Source: Leucoraja ocellata (Eukaryota). Taken from it: a DNA stretch of 64,000 nucleotides. The stretch covers positions 4,278,001 through 4,342,000 of the forward strand of contig JAWMAR010000160.1 in the NCBI GenBank assembly GCA_036785375.1, given 5' to 3'. Of this stretch, positions 50,077 through 63,612 are shown one piece after another (within the stretch, counting starts at the first letter, position 1; each line of letters starts with the position of its first letter). Under the pieces are notes generated by a model. The model had not been told where the DNA came from. It saw only the letters and a program-made list of their open reading frames with translations, and ran no database searches. The translations under genes were made by a program, and so were the position numbers.

Positions 50077-52613
50077 ATTTTGAGCCCTACAACTGCTGCA
50101 TCTGCAATGGTGTGTGAAATGTCACAGGATTGTGCATGTGAAACTCCTGTTTCAATTGATCCATTAATTGTTTTTGTACTGAGAATGGCATCTTGATGTA
50201 GAAAGAAGCGATATTTCTTGTCTCACCCTCGAAGGAGTAATTCTCCAGGATTTCTCCTTCGCTCCTTTTGTCAAGTACCTTGTGTCATTTCAACAATTAG
50301 GTTGCACTAGATAGTTTCAATAAATGCAGTAAAAAGGCACATGGCATTTTGGAACAGTGTAAAACAAAATTTAGCACTGAATCAGATGAATTACTTACAT
50401 GGAAGACCAAAATTTGATTAAAGCGAGATGTTTAGGTACTTTTGAAAAGGATTAGAGGTAGAAACAGAGATACTTTCGATAACTTCAATTATTTTCACAA
50501 CGTCTGCCCATTAAAGCTCACAGCATTAATAGCTGTCCCTGAAATGCACCCTGTGTGCAACTACCACATAAGTAGACTTCAGGATATTGATGTTAAGAAT
50601 TCAGAAATTATTTCCTCTTCTCCTACCACTTTAAGTAAGTTTTATTAGCATAACAATTTGGCAGAATTACCTTTGTATTTCACAGAATATTTTTCCTTAG
50701 AGACCCGAAGAAGCCTTGACATGTAAGTAAAGGATCCCTGCTATTCCACTCCCTGCTTGAAAGACAAGACCACCCTCAGACAAATAGCAGAGTGCTTCAT
50801 GAGCGCCTTAAACATTGGTACAGCGTGCGGTAAATTCCTTGCTACCACTCCTAACAAAATGCTCCAAAGCTGTATCTCAATTAAAGAACACCACATTGTC
50901 AGGAGGCCTTGTGATTAGCAGTGATTTGTGATTCCACAATTTCATTGTTCACATCTGGGAAGAAGAGTACATACCAAGGGACCAAAAAGATCCAGTAATT
51001 GCAACCATCTTAGCAAATGTAGCAGAGGACAGGATAACAATCCTAGGTTCTCTCCTCCCTGCTGTTCCACGAATTGCAGTGAGAATTCTGTCCATCTGGT
51101 GACACAGTGGACATGATCTTCAATGCGTGACAACTCAGAGAGAAATGCAGGAAGGCAGCACCAATGATGGACACTGCACCCAGGAGCACTGTGCTCCAGT
51201 TCACCCACTATATAAATTCATCTCCATCCTACTACGCTTGCCTCCTAATCACATCCAAGCTGTGACCCTAACCAGTGGCTCTGCATCAGAGCCAGTCGCA
51301 GTGAAGACACTGGTGTCATACAAGACTGTGCTTGGAAAGTTACACCGGTGAAGATTAAAATTGTCCAACTGGATTTACAGAGAAGATGGACAATAGAAGT
51401 TACATGTATTAGTGCAAAGTTAGAAATTAATGCTTCTAGACTTATTCCAGTAATCGTATTATTTAAAGTCTTTTGTCACAAGATGGCTGACTTTATAAAC
51501 CTACATACTGAGCACATTATAACCTGCTTTTCATCTGTGATTTTTTTGCTCATGTAAGGCTGAAACTAAACTGGATTATTACTAGTTAGGTTTAATTTAA
51601 TGTCGCGTGAACTGAGGTATGGTGAAAAGCTGTTTTTGTAGCGTGCTTATTATTGTTTATGGTACAGGAAACAGCAAACCTGTGCAGGATTATTTCTTTG
51701 TTTAGCTTAGTTTATTGTCATGTGTACAGAGGTACGGTGAAAAGCTTCTTTGCTGCATGCTTTCAGTGGAAAAACTATAGATGATTACAATCAAGCCAGA
51801 GATATAGGATAATGGGAATAAATTCCCACTTCCACAGATCTTTCTCTATACCCTGCTAGTTCCCTTTTGAAAACCCATTCTATTTCTATAACTCTTATAG
51901 ATAGTAATATCCAGATCATAACCACAATCTATATTTGTCGTTTCATTTAACGTGGCTGTAAAGCTACAGCAAGTCCAAATTTAATTGGTCTGGTCACAGT
52001 ACATATTTCAATGAAACAATCTTCACTCTTTGATTCAGTGATTTTTAATATAATGTCTAAATGCTTTCTTTTGCATTCGCCGACCACTGGTTCGGATATT
52101 TTTCTAATTCACTCTGGGAAAGAATGCAGTGCAATCAAAGAATGTTGGCCTGACCTGCTGCCTGTGAGAAAGCATTCTGTGGTCTAAGAACTCCATGCAA
52201 GTATGTATCTGAGGAAAGGGTCATTGACCGAAAACATTAACTCTTTCTCACTTTGCAGTCTGTTCTGCTGAATATTCCCAACAATTTTTGTTTTCATTTC
52301 AGATTTGCTTTATTTTTGATCTTCAGAGCATGTTTGCATTCTCTTTTTGCTCCCTTCTTGACAATTAATAATCCATCTTCATTGTTTTAATGTTCTTGAT
52401 CATGGAAATCTAACTTCAAATAAATGTGTGTGAATTTATAATTCTAGATCCTGTTTTCCAAAATCCAATACTTCATTACCTTTTAATCTGGATACATCCT
52501 CAGTTTTGGAGAATTGTGTATAATGTGTGGAGAATTGTGTATAACTTTCCGTTACTAACTCAGAGGAATTCCGAAATGCAGCATAGCTGATGAAACAACA
52601 GTTTTAATTTTGA

Positions 52614-52890
52614 CACTGAAGATAGACACAAAATGCTGAAGTAACTGAGCAGGGCAGGCAGCATCTCTGGAGAGAAGGTATGGTTTCTGGTTGAGACCCT
52701 TCTTCAGACAGGTTCAGAGAAGAGGGAGATATGTAAAGAGTAAGGTGTGTAAACACAGATCAAATGGGACAGTAATCAAGGAAAATGGAGAATGGTTCAT
52801 TGTTAGCTGAGGGGAGATGCTGCCTGTTCCGTTAAGTTACTCCAGCATTTTGTGTCTATCTTCGGTGTAAACCAGAATCTGCAGTTCCTG
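52614..52890. mobile_element. Penelope 3' fragment with inverted terminal repeats
   Basis: TSD cagttttaattttga (52599-52613) / cagtttcaattttga (52891-52905). The spacer matches the 3' UTR at 30-350. Confidence 0.8.
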
Positions 52891-55355
52891 CAGTTTCAAT
52901 TTTGATCATTGATAAAGTGCTTAAAAACAAGGAAAAATCAGAGCATTTCAATGAACAGTGGCTTTGGGTTGCCCTGCAAGGAATTGTCTGCACAGCCCAT
53001 TTCATTGTGCTTCAATGCTTCCTGCTTCTTCTCTGCAGGGAGAAGTTATGAATTCCAGGCAAGGCTTGAATTCCAGGCAAGTTATGAATTCCAGGCAAGG
53101 CTTGTTTGTGCCAAGGTCACTATTATTTTCATGATTCTTAAAACCTTACCTGTTTATCTGGTCACTTCAAGTGAACCTGGCGAACTTGAGATTTCTCACC
53201 TCTCAATTCAGAATAATCTATTTTGGGTCTCAAAGTAGTTGCCTCAAGAGAGTCGTGTGTTTTGTCTTTGTATAAACTTCTCAGCAATTTCCAATGAGGT
53301 TTAACAATATTGAAAGTCAGTTCATGACATTTCAGCCACCCAGCATTGAGGGCAGCAATACTGACTCACTATTTACAATGCACAGTCTCTGATGGCATTT
53401 ACTAGGCTGCATATATGGAATTTGAAGAGGTGTGCCGACCCAAAACATCACCTATCCATAAGCCGCAGCATTTGGACAGCCAAGCAAATTTGGGTCTTTC
53501 TGGAGAAAAGAAATAGGTGACAATTCAGGTCGTGATTCTTCTTCGGACTGAGACCCCCAGCAGAGTCTTCTCTATCAGTTGAGTACCATCATGGGAAGAC
53601 CACAGACAGTGATTCTGGGAAAGAGTCGTGAAATGGTAGAGACTAAGCTAACAGTAACTAGTCCAAGCATGGCAACATATCTTACAGCACAGGAATGAAC
53701 AATCCACTGAATCTGGTCTATGTTGGCAGTTATGTTGCAAGTGAACCTTCTCTTTCAGTCTTTATGTATCCTCTCGTCAAAATGGTTTTCTGTTCATTTA
53801 TCACTCACATTCTTTGACGTACAGCATGGAAAGAGGCCCTAAGGCCCAACTTACCATGCCCCACCTACACTAGTACCACCTGCCTGCGTTTGGCCCATAT
53901 CCCACTAAAGCTTTCCTATCCATGTGCCTGTCCAATTCATCTGTGCTGTTCAGATCAGTCACACATGCTTGCAAGGTCGACATCACCAAGCGTGAAGTTT
54001 TTCCAAATTCCACATTAGATTTAGTATTGACTGTCTTGTATTTCAAACACTTCATTTTGGATTTTCCCGTGTGGAATCGTATATTCTTTCAATATTTATG
54101 AGCAAAACCTTTTGTAAATTTAAATCCCACTGTTTTCCTTGTTTCTATTTAGAAGAGCTTCAGCCTGTTTGGGGTCTGTCTTATCAGTTATATCCTCTGT
54201 GCTGGTATCATCATTTTAATAAATAATGTTATCCCTCCCACACTTGTACCTTCCCTGTTGACTTGTCAGTTTGTTGAATGTTCCTGTTGAGTGATACAGT
54301 GCGCATCGTCTGAATACAGAAATGCGGTGTTTTTGCCTTCTAACGTTGAAGCCATTATTCGCTGCTAGTTGCTCTATTCCTCTGCTGCATTCCACTAGGA
54401 TTCTATTTTCTATCATCTAGTTGTGCTGCTCCAAGATGTTAACAAAGAAAAAATAATTTGTACTTACAATGTGATACGACTTTCGAGTTGGCTCTAGGAA
54501 CATGATATATTCAATTATTTTGAATTGCAAACTTTCTTTTATGTGGGCAAGTCTCAGTTGCCACACAATCTATTTGTGTTTGGGCGGGCAGCTTCCTTTT
54601 CAGTTGTGAATGAAACGGTGCAGCTAACTTGTGCCTAGCAAGCTCCCAGAAACCACTACAATTTGGTCATCTGTTCTGACACTGTTGAACAAAGCATAAG
54701 TACAGGTTGTCTAAGAAGCACATGAAAGATTGGATCTTATGTTATGGTTGTACAAGACGTTGGCGAGTTTCAGTTTTGGTCACCCTGCTACAGGAGGGAT
54801 GCCATTAAGCTGTGAAGATCGCAACTATACATAATTGAAACAGCAGCATCGTGCTTTTTACAGCATGTTAAAAATAAGATGACATACCGGATTATATGCT
54901 CCCTAACTAAGTACTGTGAAATATCAGGCTAGATTCAAGTAGAGGACTGTTTCGGGGACTACTAGGGGAATTAATCTGGCACTTGATAACGGATTCAGAT
55001 TATCATAAACTTTTTTAATTTGATTTTCTAGAACTCGTAAATTGAACATTCAGCTTCTGGTTGGGTTTTTACAAATATTCTGTGTATCCACTTCTTTAAG
55101 CTTGAAACGGTCCTGCATTACTTGTGGAATGGGAGAGCATTGCAAATGGTCAAGTTACGTACATGCGAAATAGAAAAACAAGTCCGCAGGGCATCGGCAA
55201 CCATGTTGTTACTAAAATTACTCATTGCCAAAACAAAAATAAGTTGTCCATTTTTGGAGAGCTTCAGCATAAAGAAGCTCTCTCTTGCAATATGTATTTG
55301 TACAGATAATTTGGATTGCACCTTTAAAATAGGACAAAGGAGATTAATGTAATCT

Positions 55356-55502
55356 GACGAAGGTCAGTCTGAAGAAGGGTCTCGACCCGAAACGTCACCT
55401 ATTCCTTCTCTCCAGAGATGCTGCCTGTCCCAATGAGTTATAATGCAGCATTTTGTGCCTATCTTCGGTTTAAACCAGCATTTGCAGTTCCTTCCTACAC
55501 AT
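55356..55502 (+). mobile_element. Penelope terminal fragment with intact minimal hammerhead core
   Basis: CTGAAGA(55369)-A-GGGT-CTCG-ACCC-GAAAC-GTC(55396). Flanking repeat tgtaatct at 55348 and 55503. Confidence 0.8.
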
Positions 55503-56544
55503 TGTAATCTTCTTCACTGACCACTGAATGTTCAAGTTTTGCAAGATCATTAATTATCTCTTTTAATGTCATAAACACCCATTGTTTTATAAAAGTCATA
55601 ACCAACCATCATACTAGTTCCTCTTAGATCATTGTTGCTCAACTATAAACTTCATTGCCTGAGTACTTCTGTCTTGATTTCCCACGGTGTAAAATATTTA
55701 TGCCCTTTCTTTAATAATCTTTTTAATATCGCCTTTCCAGTGCAATCAATTCTCAACATTATAGTGTAGGGATACTACATTTACTGGGAGAGTTTCATGA
55801 GCTTGTGAATCTTTCAGTTCGGTATTGCAAATGTATTTTTTGGTTAACTGTATGCCTTGCCAAACAGCTGCAGGAACTCATGTCAGGAATCACCAAGAAG
55901 GGCTACAATGCCATGCATGTCGCTCTGTTGCAGTTGGTGCTCTGCATGTTGCTCCATTGCAGCTAGTGCCATGTAAGAGCTTGTTTTGCTTCAGTCCAAT
56001 TGCACATGCACAGAGTGACATTAAGGCCCAGGGAAGAGAACCTTGTATTTACATCATATCTTCCCTGGTTTCAGGCTGTCCAAAATGAGTAATGGATGCT
56101 GAAGTTTTACATGGATAAGAAAGGTTTGGCGCGAGATGGGCAAGTGGGACTAGCTTGGTAAGGCAACATGGTCACCACGGATAGGTTGGGCCGAATGGCC
56201 CATTTCCATGCAGTATACCTCCTATGTACCAGTAATTCAGTGGCATCTGTTGTAACAGTCCGACTGTATCACATTTGCACTATAGGAATAGGCTTTAGTG
56301 TGCCCTAAACATCCTCATCTATTCAGGAATTTGCCTGTGTTTGGATTACATTGAAAATCAATCAATGTACCATTGTCCCTTCAGCTACTATACAGTGTTG
56401 CGGTATTGGGCCTTGTTTTACAAACCATTGAAGGTGATGACAAGTAGAAATTAATATTCTTAACCATTTCTACTTTACCACCAAACATATCGTAAAATTT
56501 GTACCTATTGTTTATACTCCAATAGAGGTTAGAACTAGACGGAG

Positions 56545-56813
56545 GATAGACACAAAGTGCTGGAGTAACTCAGCTGGTCGGGCAGCATCTCGGGAGAAAA
56601 ATGGAATGGTAACATTTTAGTTTGGGACCCTTCTTCAGACTGATTGTAGTGGGGGGGGGGGGGGGGGAGGTTGAATTGGAAGCGGGGAAAAAACAGGACA
56701 AATGGGAGCCGGCAAGAGATGACCAGGCAAGGGGGTTGGCTAGAGATGTAGTGAGTCCAAGAGGGAGGAGTTTATATAAGTTACCGATAATTGGAGAATT
56801 CAACATTCATACC
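56545..56813 (-). mobile_element. Penelope 3' end (ORF stop, UTR, terminal repeat)
   Basis: The - strand of 56813-56781 reads GMNVEFSNYR*, followed by a pyrimidine-rich UTR and cagtctgaagaagggtccc. Confidence 0.75.
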
Positions 56814-57559
56814 AGTTTAGTCAGATATAACTGAATCGTGTGGTGGTTTCTAAGGTTCTAGCAACATGGAAATAACAGAAATCATCTGAGATGTATGATG
56901 GTCTGGAGCTTTCTGAGATATACAATGGGTCGTGAGATGGCAGAAATCGGAAACTAGTGATAGATACAGTTATACCACAAAGCAAAATGTTCCACCCATA
57001 GCTATTTTCAACTTGTCATATACATGCCAGTGTTATAACTGTAACCATAACTGTATGGGGGCTTATCTGGTTATGGAATCCAGGTCTTCAGATCTGATTA
57101 TCCTGTCTGTAGTCATGCTGTATGCAATGTCCTCAACAATCTCTTGGAATAAATCGAATTGGCTGATGATGGGATTCTGTGACGATGGGTTTCAAGTCAG
57201 CCAAGACTGATCACCCCTTTGGTCTCTCTGGCTGAATGTAGGGTCGCACAGTCCTGAGGCGCTATTTGGCACCAGCTACCTTGATTCAACCCTGGCCCTT
57301 GGTGCTGACGGTATGGAATTTGCACATTCTCCCAGGTTTTCTCTGGGTATTCTGATTTCCTCCCACCTCCCAAAAACAGTAGATTTGACAGAATATGGAT
57401 AGAATGGGTTGCAGGGAAAATAGGCGGGGGAATGAGATTCCTCTGTGACCACAGTATAAAATTGATGGGCTGAATGGTCGCCATGTTGTAAGGAAATATG
57501 AAATATATAATGGGTGTTAATGTTTCAGCCTTAACATTGACACTCGCATGACTGGCCCA

Positions 57560-57840
57560 TTCAGATGTTATCAGGCAACTGAATAGTCCTCTTATCAGCT
57601 CGAGTGCAGCCCTGACCTCCCACCAACCTCATGGGAAACCTTTGAGCTATCTTTAATCGAACTTTCTCGCACATTCAATATTATACCTTTCCTTAAATGT
57701 TATAACCTTTATCCATTTTCTGTGCACTGCAGACGGCTTGATTGTATTCATGTATGGTGTTTTCTTTGACTGGATTGCACGCAAACAAAAGCTTTTCACT
57801 GTACCTCGGTACACGTGACAATAATTAACTAAACTAAACT
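57560..57840 (+). mobile_element. Rex1-like 3' UTR/tail repeat
   Basis: Tail gcttttcactgtacctcggtacacgtgacaataa-(actaa)n. The same family occurs at 63420-63845. Confidence 0.65.
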
Positions 57841-58519
57841 AATCTTTCACGACCAGAATTAATAATGATGCTGCCTTTTCATTCTGTACATTTTCCCTCT
57901 AACCAGATACCTCAGCCCCATTTTCTCTGGTGAATGCTCCTACCTTCCCAGTAAGGTTGCATTTAAATTGCACTTAGTGCCTTGCTAGTGTTGCTGACTA
58001 CCAGCTGGCAGCAATGCCAGAATTGTCTTGCGATGTGTACTCAGTGTTTATAACAGCAGCTGATATATCTATTTCATGCATATTTGCAGTTGAAAATGGG
58101 AGGACCAGGAAATTTCACAAAGTACTTTGTAGAAACATCAAAATGGGGCTAGGATTTGCTTCTGGGAGATGTCTCAGGGGAGTGAGCAGAAGAAGTTCAA
58201 TTGTGGTTGAATCTCCATAATCCCCGGTCCTTGCTGTTTTGTGACTATCTTCTGCTCCGTAGCACAGCCATCACTTTTCTCCTGTGGCTTAACTATTAAA
58301 AAAAGATAAGTTATGCAATGTTTGTAGAGCAGAACCCAACAGCATGGTTCCACCTTCAGTGGTAGCGCGGGGAATGCTTTTACTTCCCGTTTCATAGGAC
58401 TGGAAACAAAAAAGCAAACACACTGTAGAAAGGAGAATCAAATGAAATATAAAATGAAATTCTTCTCAAGATAGAATAATCCATGCCCTAAACATTGATT
58501 ATATTAATCATTACGTTGT

Positions 58520-58826
58520 AGTATAACAGCTGATAGAGCTGCTGCCTCACAGTACCCTGGTTTAATTCTGACCTCGGGTGCTGTCTGTGTGGAATTTGCA
58601 TGAACTTTCTGGGACCACATGGGTTTCCTCCGGGTGCTGCGGTTTTCTCCCACATCTCTCAAACATCGCGTGGGTTTATATGTTAATTGGCGTCTGCAAA
58701 TCGCCCCCCCCGATGTGTAGAGAGTATGTGTGAAGGTGACCTAACATAGAACTGCTGTGAACAGGCAATCGATGGTCAGCATGGTCTCTGAGCCACAGGG
58801 CTTATTTCCATTGCCATATCTTTCAA
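58520..58826 (+). mobile_element. V-SINE
   Basis: gagctgctgcctcacag...ctgacctcgggtgctgtctgtgtggaatttgca. Confidence 0.75.
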
Positions 58827-58884
58827 TCAAAAAGTATGACAATCACATTGAGTGAACTGGAGTGAAAGATAGTTCATGAATGGC

Positions 58885-59085
58885 ACTGCCGCCTGTGGCA
58901 ATGAATTCCACAGCTTCACCACATTCTGGCTAAAGAAATTCCTTTTCATCTCCATTTTCAAGGTACATCCTTTTATTCTGTGGCTGTGCCCTCTAGTTCT
59001 AGACTTTTCCATCATGGGAAACATCTTTTCCACGTCCGTCCTGCCTTGGCCTTTCATTATACGTAAGTTTCAATGAGATTCCCCT
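58885..59085 (-). mobile_element. CR1-type LINE ORF2 3' fragment
   Basis: KSRTRGHSHRIKG...RNFFSQNVVKLWNSLPQ. Confidence 0.8.
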
Positions 59086-61409
59086 CAAATTGCTCAACTC
59101 GTGGTCCACTCTCTCTCAGGTCTGCTCTCTCCCACCAACTCTTTACTTCTCTCACTCCTCTTCTATATCATTTGTGCTCACCCATTCAGCTAAAACCATC
59201 TACCCAGATCCCTTCATCTTACAAAATCATCCACCCTCTTTGGATTTCTCTCCCTTTTGGTTCCCATCCCATTCCGCCCACCCATAAGTGTTGCCCTTTT
59301 TATGTTGCCAAAGACTTACAACATATGAAATCTGTTAGCTAATTGGAAATCTCGTGCACAGTGTAAGCCCCAGCATCACTACCTGATTTGAGGAACTTGC
59401 TTCCTTGGATAGTCCTGACTTCAATACTCTGAAGGGAGGTGTATTTCTGGGAAGTAGAATGGAAATATTTTCTTTGTACCCAAATATCAGCTTACCCTGA
59501 AAATGTGCGATGCACTTGCGTTTCCTTGAAAGTACACGACTGGCCTATTTAATGAACACAATGCTGCTTGCAATCATTGTGCTGGCTGCTTTCCCAGGTT
59601 TGTGTTAATTCCCGAGTGGGTGTTGTGAGATCTGTAGACTTTTAATGTCTTCTGTCACTGTGTGCTGGGAACTGTTTACTGAGTCAAAGCTTTTGGATGC
59701 ATTTCAGTTCAAGTGTTCTAATTTTAGATGTGCAATGACCTCTCTAGTGATGTGCCATAGTTGTCATTGTGACCCCTCTTGCTTTACTGAATACACATTG
59801 CACACTGCTCAAAAGCTGCTGCTTTAGAAGGCCATCTGCAATAGAGGAAATATTCTCTTCCTAGCCTGCATATTCAATCCCACTCCTGCTGCATCTGAGC
59901 TCTGCAGCAGTGGAGGGAGATGTGATTATTTGTGTGTTTCTACATACTTCATACTTTAAAGGTGCTATACAAATGACGGTTATTTATTCTATTCTGTGAT
60001 GCGTGGTATTGAAGAAGTGTCTGTTGTTTTACGAAACCTGATGTGGCTATAATCTAGCAGTACCTGTGGCTCTTGGAAGAAAGTTAACACTAACTATTGG
60101 GTGGAGGACAACATTAAATTAAGGATTGAAGTAAGGGTGGGATTTAATACTTATGAATCTTCTTTCTTGCATGCATAAAATCATTAATGATCTTGTGCCT
60201 AAAGTCCACATTGGTGCCACACCCCCTGATCCATCTGACTCCCTTTCTGTCCATGTCTATCAATCTCAGCCAATTCCTCGATTATTGAGAATCAACAGAC
60301 ACCAACTGTCCTAGAGTAGGGAATCTCAAATATTTACAACTTTGGCATTAAAAACTATTTTCAACCAATTCCCAATGGCCGACCCTTTGTACTGACACAC
60401 AAGTCCCTCACGTGAGTCTCTAGTGCTAGACAAAACAGCACCCCCCTTGTTAATTCCTTTGGCAGTAACAGTGTCTAAGTAGTGGTATCTCCTAAAGGTT
60501 TGGATGCTGAGAATTTGAGTTTTCAAATTCAATGAAAGCTTATGGTGGGAATAAATAAGTCGTCATTGATAGATCCTGCTGGATGTCTTGATTGTAGATT
60601 TCCAATTTTGTGCCTGCTTTCTTGACAGCTCAGTTTGTTCCCTACTCACCAACATTTAAATATTTGACTATGGTTTTTATTAGCAACTAAGTCAGTGGTT
60701 TGGAAAAGTAATCTCATCAAGGTATCTGACAAAACAACAACATCTCACTGTTGTACCATCTAGGTTCAAAATTTAATGGGACTTGAACTAATCACCATCT
60801 GATTTGGGAACAAAAATATTATCAGCTTAAGTATGGACCAATGAGCGTTGGAGATATAACCTGTTCTAAAAATGAGAATATTTGTGCATATTAACCAAGA
60901 TTAGTGCAAATGAATACAAATGCAAAAGTCACTACAAGGTAGATTGGAAGATCAGGAATTCATTCTTGGCATCTGAGTGGTTCATTGAAGAGTGTGATTA
61001 CAGTGGTGAAGAGGCTCTCTTGAAGCTGTTGGTACATGCTTTCAAGCTTTTGTAATCTTTGCCCAACAGGAGAAGGGAGAAAAGAGAATGACCTCTGGGT
61101 GTGAGTGGTCCTTGATTATGTTGTCTGCTTTCCCAAGGTAGTGTGAAATATTGATGGAGCTGAGGCTTGGTTTATGGGCTGGGCAGAGTTCACCAAACTC
61201 TGCAATTTCTCACCATCTTGGGAAAAGCAGTTTACCAAACCAAGCTGTTCTGAATCCAAATAAGATGCTTTCTTTGGTGCATCCGTAGTAATTGGTAAGA
61301 ATAATTGGAGACACTTCTTCACAACTTGTTCACATGATCCAGCACTTAACTAGGTCTCAACTATGATATTGGTGTAGCTGCAACAAAAGATCATATGTGC
61401 GACAAGTCA

Positions 61410-61830
61410 GATTCAGATTCAAACTTTTATTGTCATTGTGCAGTGTACAGTACAGAGACAACGAAATTCTGTTAGCATCTCCCTAGAAGAGCGACAAAGA
61501 ATATGAGCAATAAATAAATATATTTACGTGCATACAGTCGTCATAGTGCAATTTTTTTTCTGGTGGAGGAGTGTCCGGGGGGGGGGGGGTGGCGATTGGC
61601 AATCACCGAGGCACAGTGTTGAGTAATGTAACAGCCGCAGGGAAGAAGCTGTTCCTGGACCTGTTGGTCCAGCAATGGAGAGACCTGTAGCGCCTCCCGG
61701 ATGGTAGGAGGGTAAACAGTCTGTGGTTGGGGTGAGAGCAGTCCTTGGCGATGTGAGCACCCTTCGCAGACATCGCTTGCTTTGGACACACTCAATGGAG
61801 GGAAGTGAGGAACCGGTGATGCATTGATGT
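61410..61830 (-). mobile_element. Rex1/Babar-like LINE 3' end
   Basis: DCSHPNHRLFTLLPSGRRYRSLHCWTNRSRNSFFPAAVTLLN, with tail gacaataaaagtttgaatctgaatctg. An older copy lies at 60890-61330. Confidence 0.8.
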
Positions 61831-61969
61831 CGTTGGTGTCATTCAACAGCCAGAGCCAAGGAATTGCACACCCAACAGATCAGATCAAAGCCCTGCAATA
61901 CTGCCAGATCAAGCCATGAATGGTAATAGGCAATTAAAGGAGAAGCCAGCTCCCAGAATGTCACCACTC

Positions 61970-62365
61970 AATGGTGCAGCTACCAGAGCTGCTGCCTCAC
62001 AACGTCAGAGACCCAGGTTTGATCCTGACCTTGGGTGCTGTCTGTACGGACTTTACACATTCTCCCTGTGACCACATGGGTTTCCTCTGGGTGATCCGGT
62101 TTCCTCCCACATCCCAAAGGTCTGAGTGTCCATGGATCAATAGGACTCTGTCAATTCCCTCTAGTGTGTAACATAGAACCAGTGTGAAGAAGGGTTCCGA
62201 CCTGAAACGTCACCCTTACTTTTTCTCCAGAGATGCTGCCTGAGCCGCTGAATTACTCCAGCAATTTGTGTTTATTTATCATAGAACTATGTGAATGGGT
62301 GATCGATGGTCGAAGTGGACTCGGTGGGCTGATGAGCCTGTTTCCATACAGTATCTCCATACTTT
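61970..62365 (+). mobile_element. V-SINE with nested Penelope terminal fragment (62186-62279)
   Basis: The SINE segment catagaac..gtgaa is imperfectly duplicated on both sides of tgaagaagggttccgacctgaaacgtcacc. Confidence 0.75.
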
Positions 62366-62841
62366 AAATATTGTCATGGCAGGATCCTTCAAATTGGTGC
62401 CAAAACTGTTGCATGTGCAACCATGTTCAACCAGGGGGCATGAGTGCTTCTGTAGTTTGATCTATTCCAGAATAGCACAAAGGGTGAAGTTTATTATTCC
62501 TATTCCAAGCTGTTGCTTTAATCCACTGGTGCAATTTACTTGGGGAAATATAACCACTCGGTCAATGCATTGAATTACTACCATAGTCTGCCACTTTTCT
62601 TATGGTTCACCAACAGTGATCTGCATTTGGTTGTTTTAAGTCATTCTTTGCCAGAGCCACATTAATTCAATCTGGGACTAAGACTATATGTGGGTTCTTA
62701 ACAAAAAAATATTCTGCCAATTCCTTGTAATTATCAATCTGATTTATTAGAATCTGCTCTTAAATGATTGATCCTGAAGGCCAGCAGCTGTGCGATTATG
62801 ACATTTGAACAAAGTGAAATATTTTTGTTCTTTTATTGCAG

Positions 62842-62903
62842 TGAAAGATTACTTAGAGAAAGCAAGAGAGGAATTCTTACAGAAATGGGAGTCCCCATCA
62901 CAG
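62842..62903 (+). CDS. PRKACB: PKA catalytic subunit common exon 2 (A-helix); PRKACA vs PRKACB not resolved
   Basis: ttttattgcag|62 nt|gtaagt, phase 1 to 0. Encodes (V/M)KDYLEKAREEFLQKWESPSQ, compared with human Calpha [21 protein letters not shown] (14/21 identical). Confidence 0.93.
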
Positions 62904-63489
62904 GTAAGTCACAGATCTATTTCAAGAGAGCTTAACATAGGTAGGTCATGTACTTCACAATAATCCACATATTCACAGGTACACACTAAGCAAATTAAAT
63001 TGGAGTAATGCATTTCCTGTTTGAATTCAGATTGAAGTAGGGAATGGAGGCAAAATCTATATTTGATGCTTCACACCAAATCTGATTCTCATTTCTTCTG
63101 GCATCTTATGGCTACCGCTTTCACTCCCTGGGAATTAATTCCTCCTGACAGAACGCAGAAGGCTCTTTCCGCAGAGAAATCAATATCCAGAAAAGGTGGC
63201 CACATTGCTGTCCATTTCATACCGTTTGCAATAGTCATAACTTTGGGATTCCAGGTGCCGCCCAGAAGCTCTGCTTCCAGAAGTGTACTGGGATAGAAGT
63301 TCCATTCATCTATCTATAAGACCATAAGTTATAGGAATAGAATTAGGCCATTTGATCGTGGCTGATCTATTTTTCTCTTTCAAACCAATTCTCCTGCCAT
63401 TTCCCCTTAGCCTATGAGGCATACCTCCAGATTCAGGGATAGTTTCTTCCCAGCTGTTGTCAGGCAACTGAACCATGCTATCACCAACG

Positions 63490-63612
63490 ATGTATAGGAA
63501 AGAACTGCAGATGCTGGTTCAAATCAAAGATAGACACAAAATGCTGGAGTAACTCAGCGGGACAGGCAGCATCTCTGGGAAGAAGGAATGGGTGACATTT
63601 CGGGTTGAGACC
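63490..63612 (-). mobile_element. Penelope terminal fragment nested in a Rex1-like tail
   Basis: gaactgcagatgctgg...gatagacacaaaatgctggagtaactcagcgggacaggc. Confidence 0.8.

Noticed and set aside
50701-50722. ag|22 nt|gtaagt candidate microexon (like PRKACB exons a/b/c)
   Set aside because: The available acceptors give 20, 22 or 37 nt, none frame-preserving, and there is no similarity to known microexon peptides.
53039-53103. Strong acceptor followed by SYEFQARLEFQAS repeats
   Set aside because: A local tandem duplication of gaattccaggcaag, with no convincing donor and no homology.
4144-63296. Remaining 60-134 aa ORFs in the track
   Set aside because: Lengths are consistent with chance or TE fragments, many use non-ATG starts, and none is a recognisable host protein.
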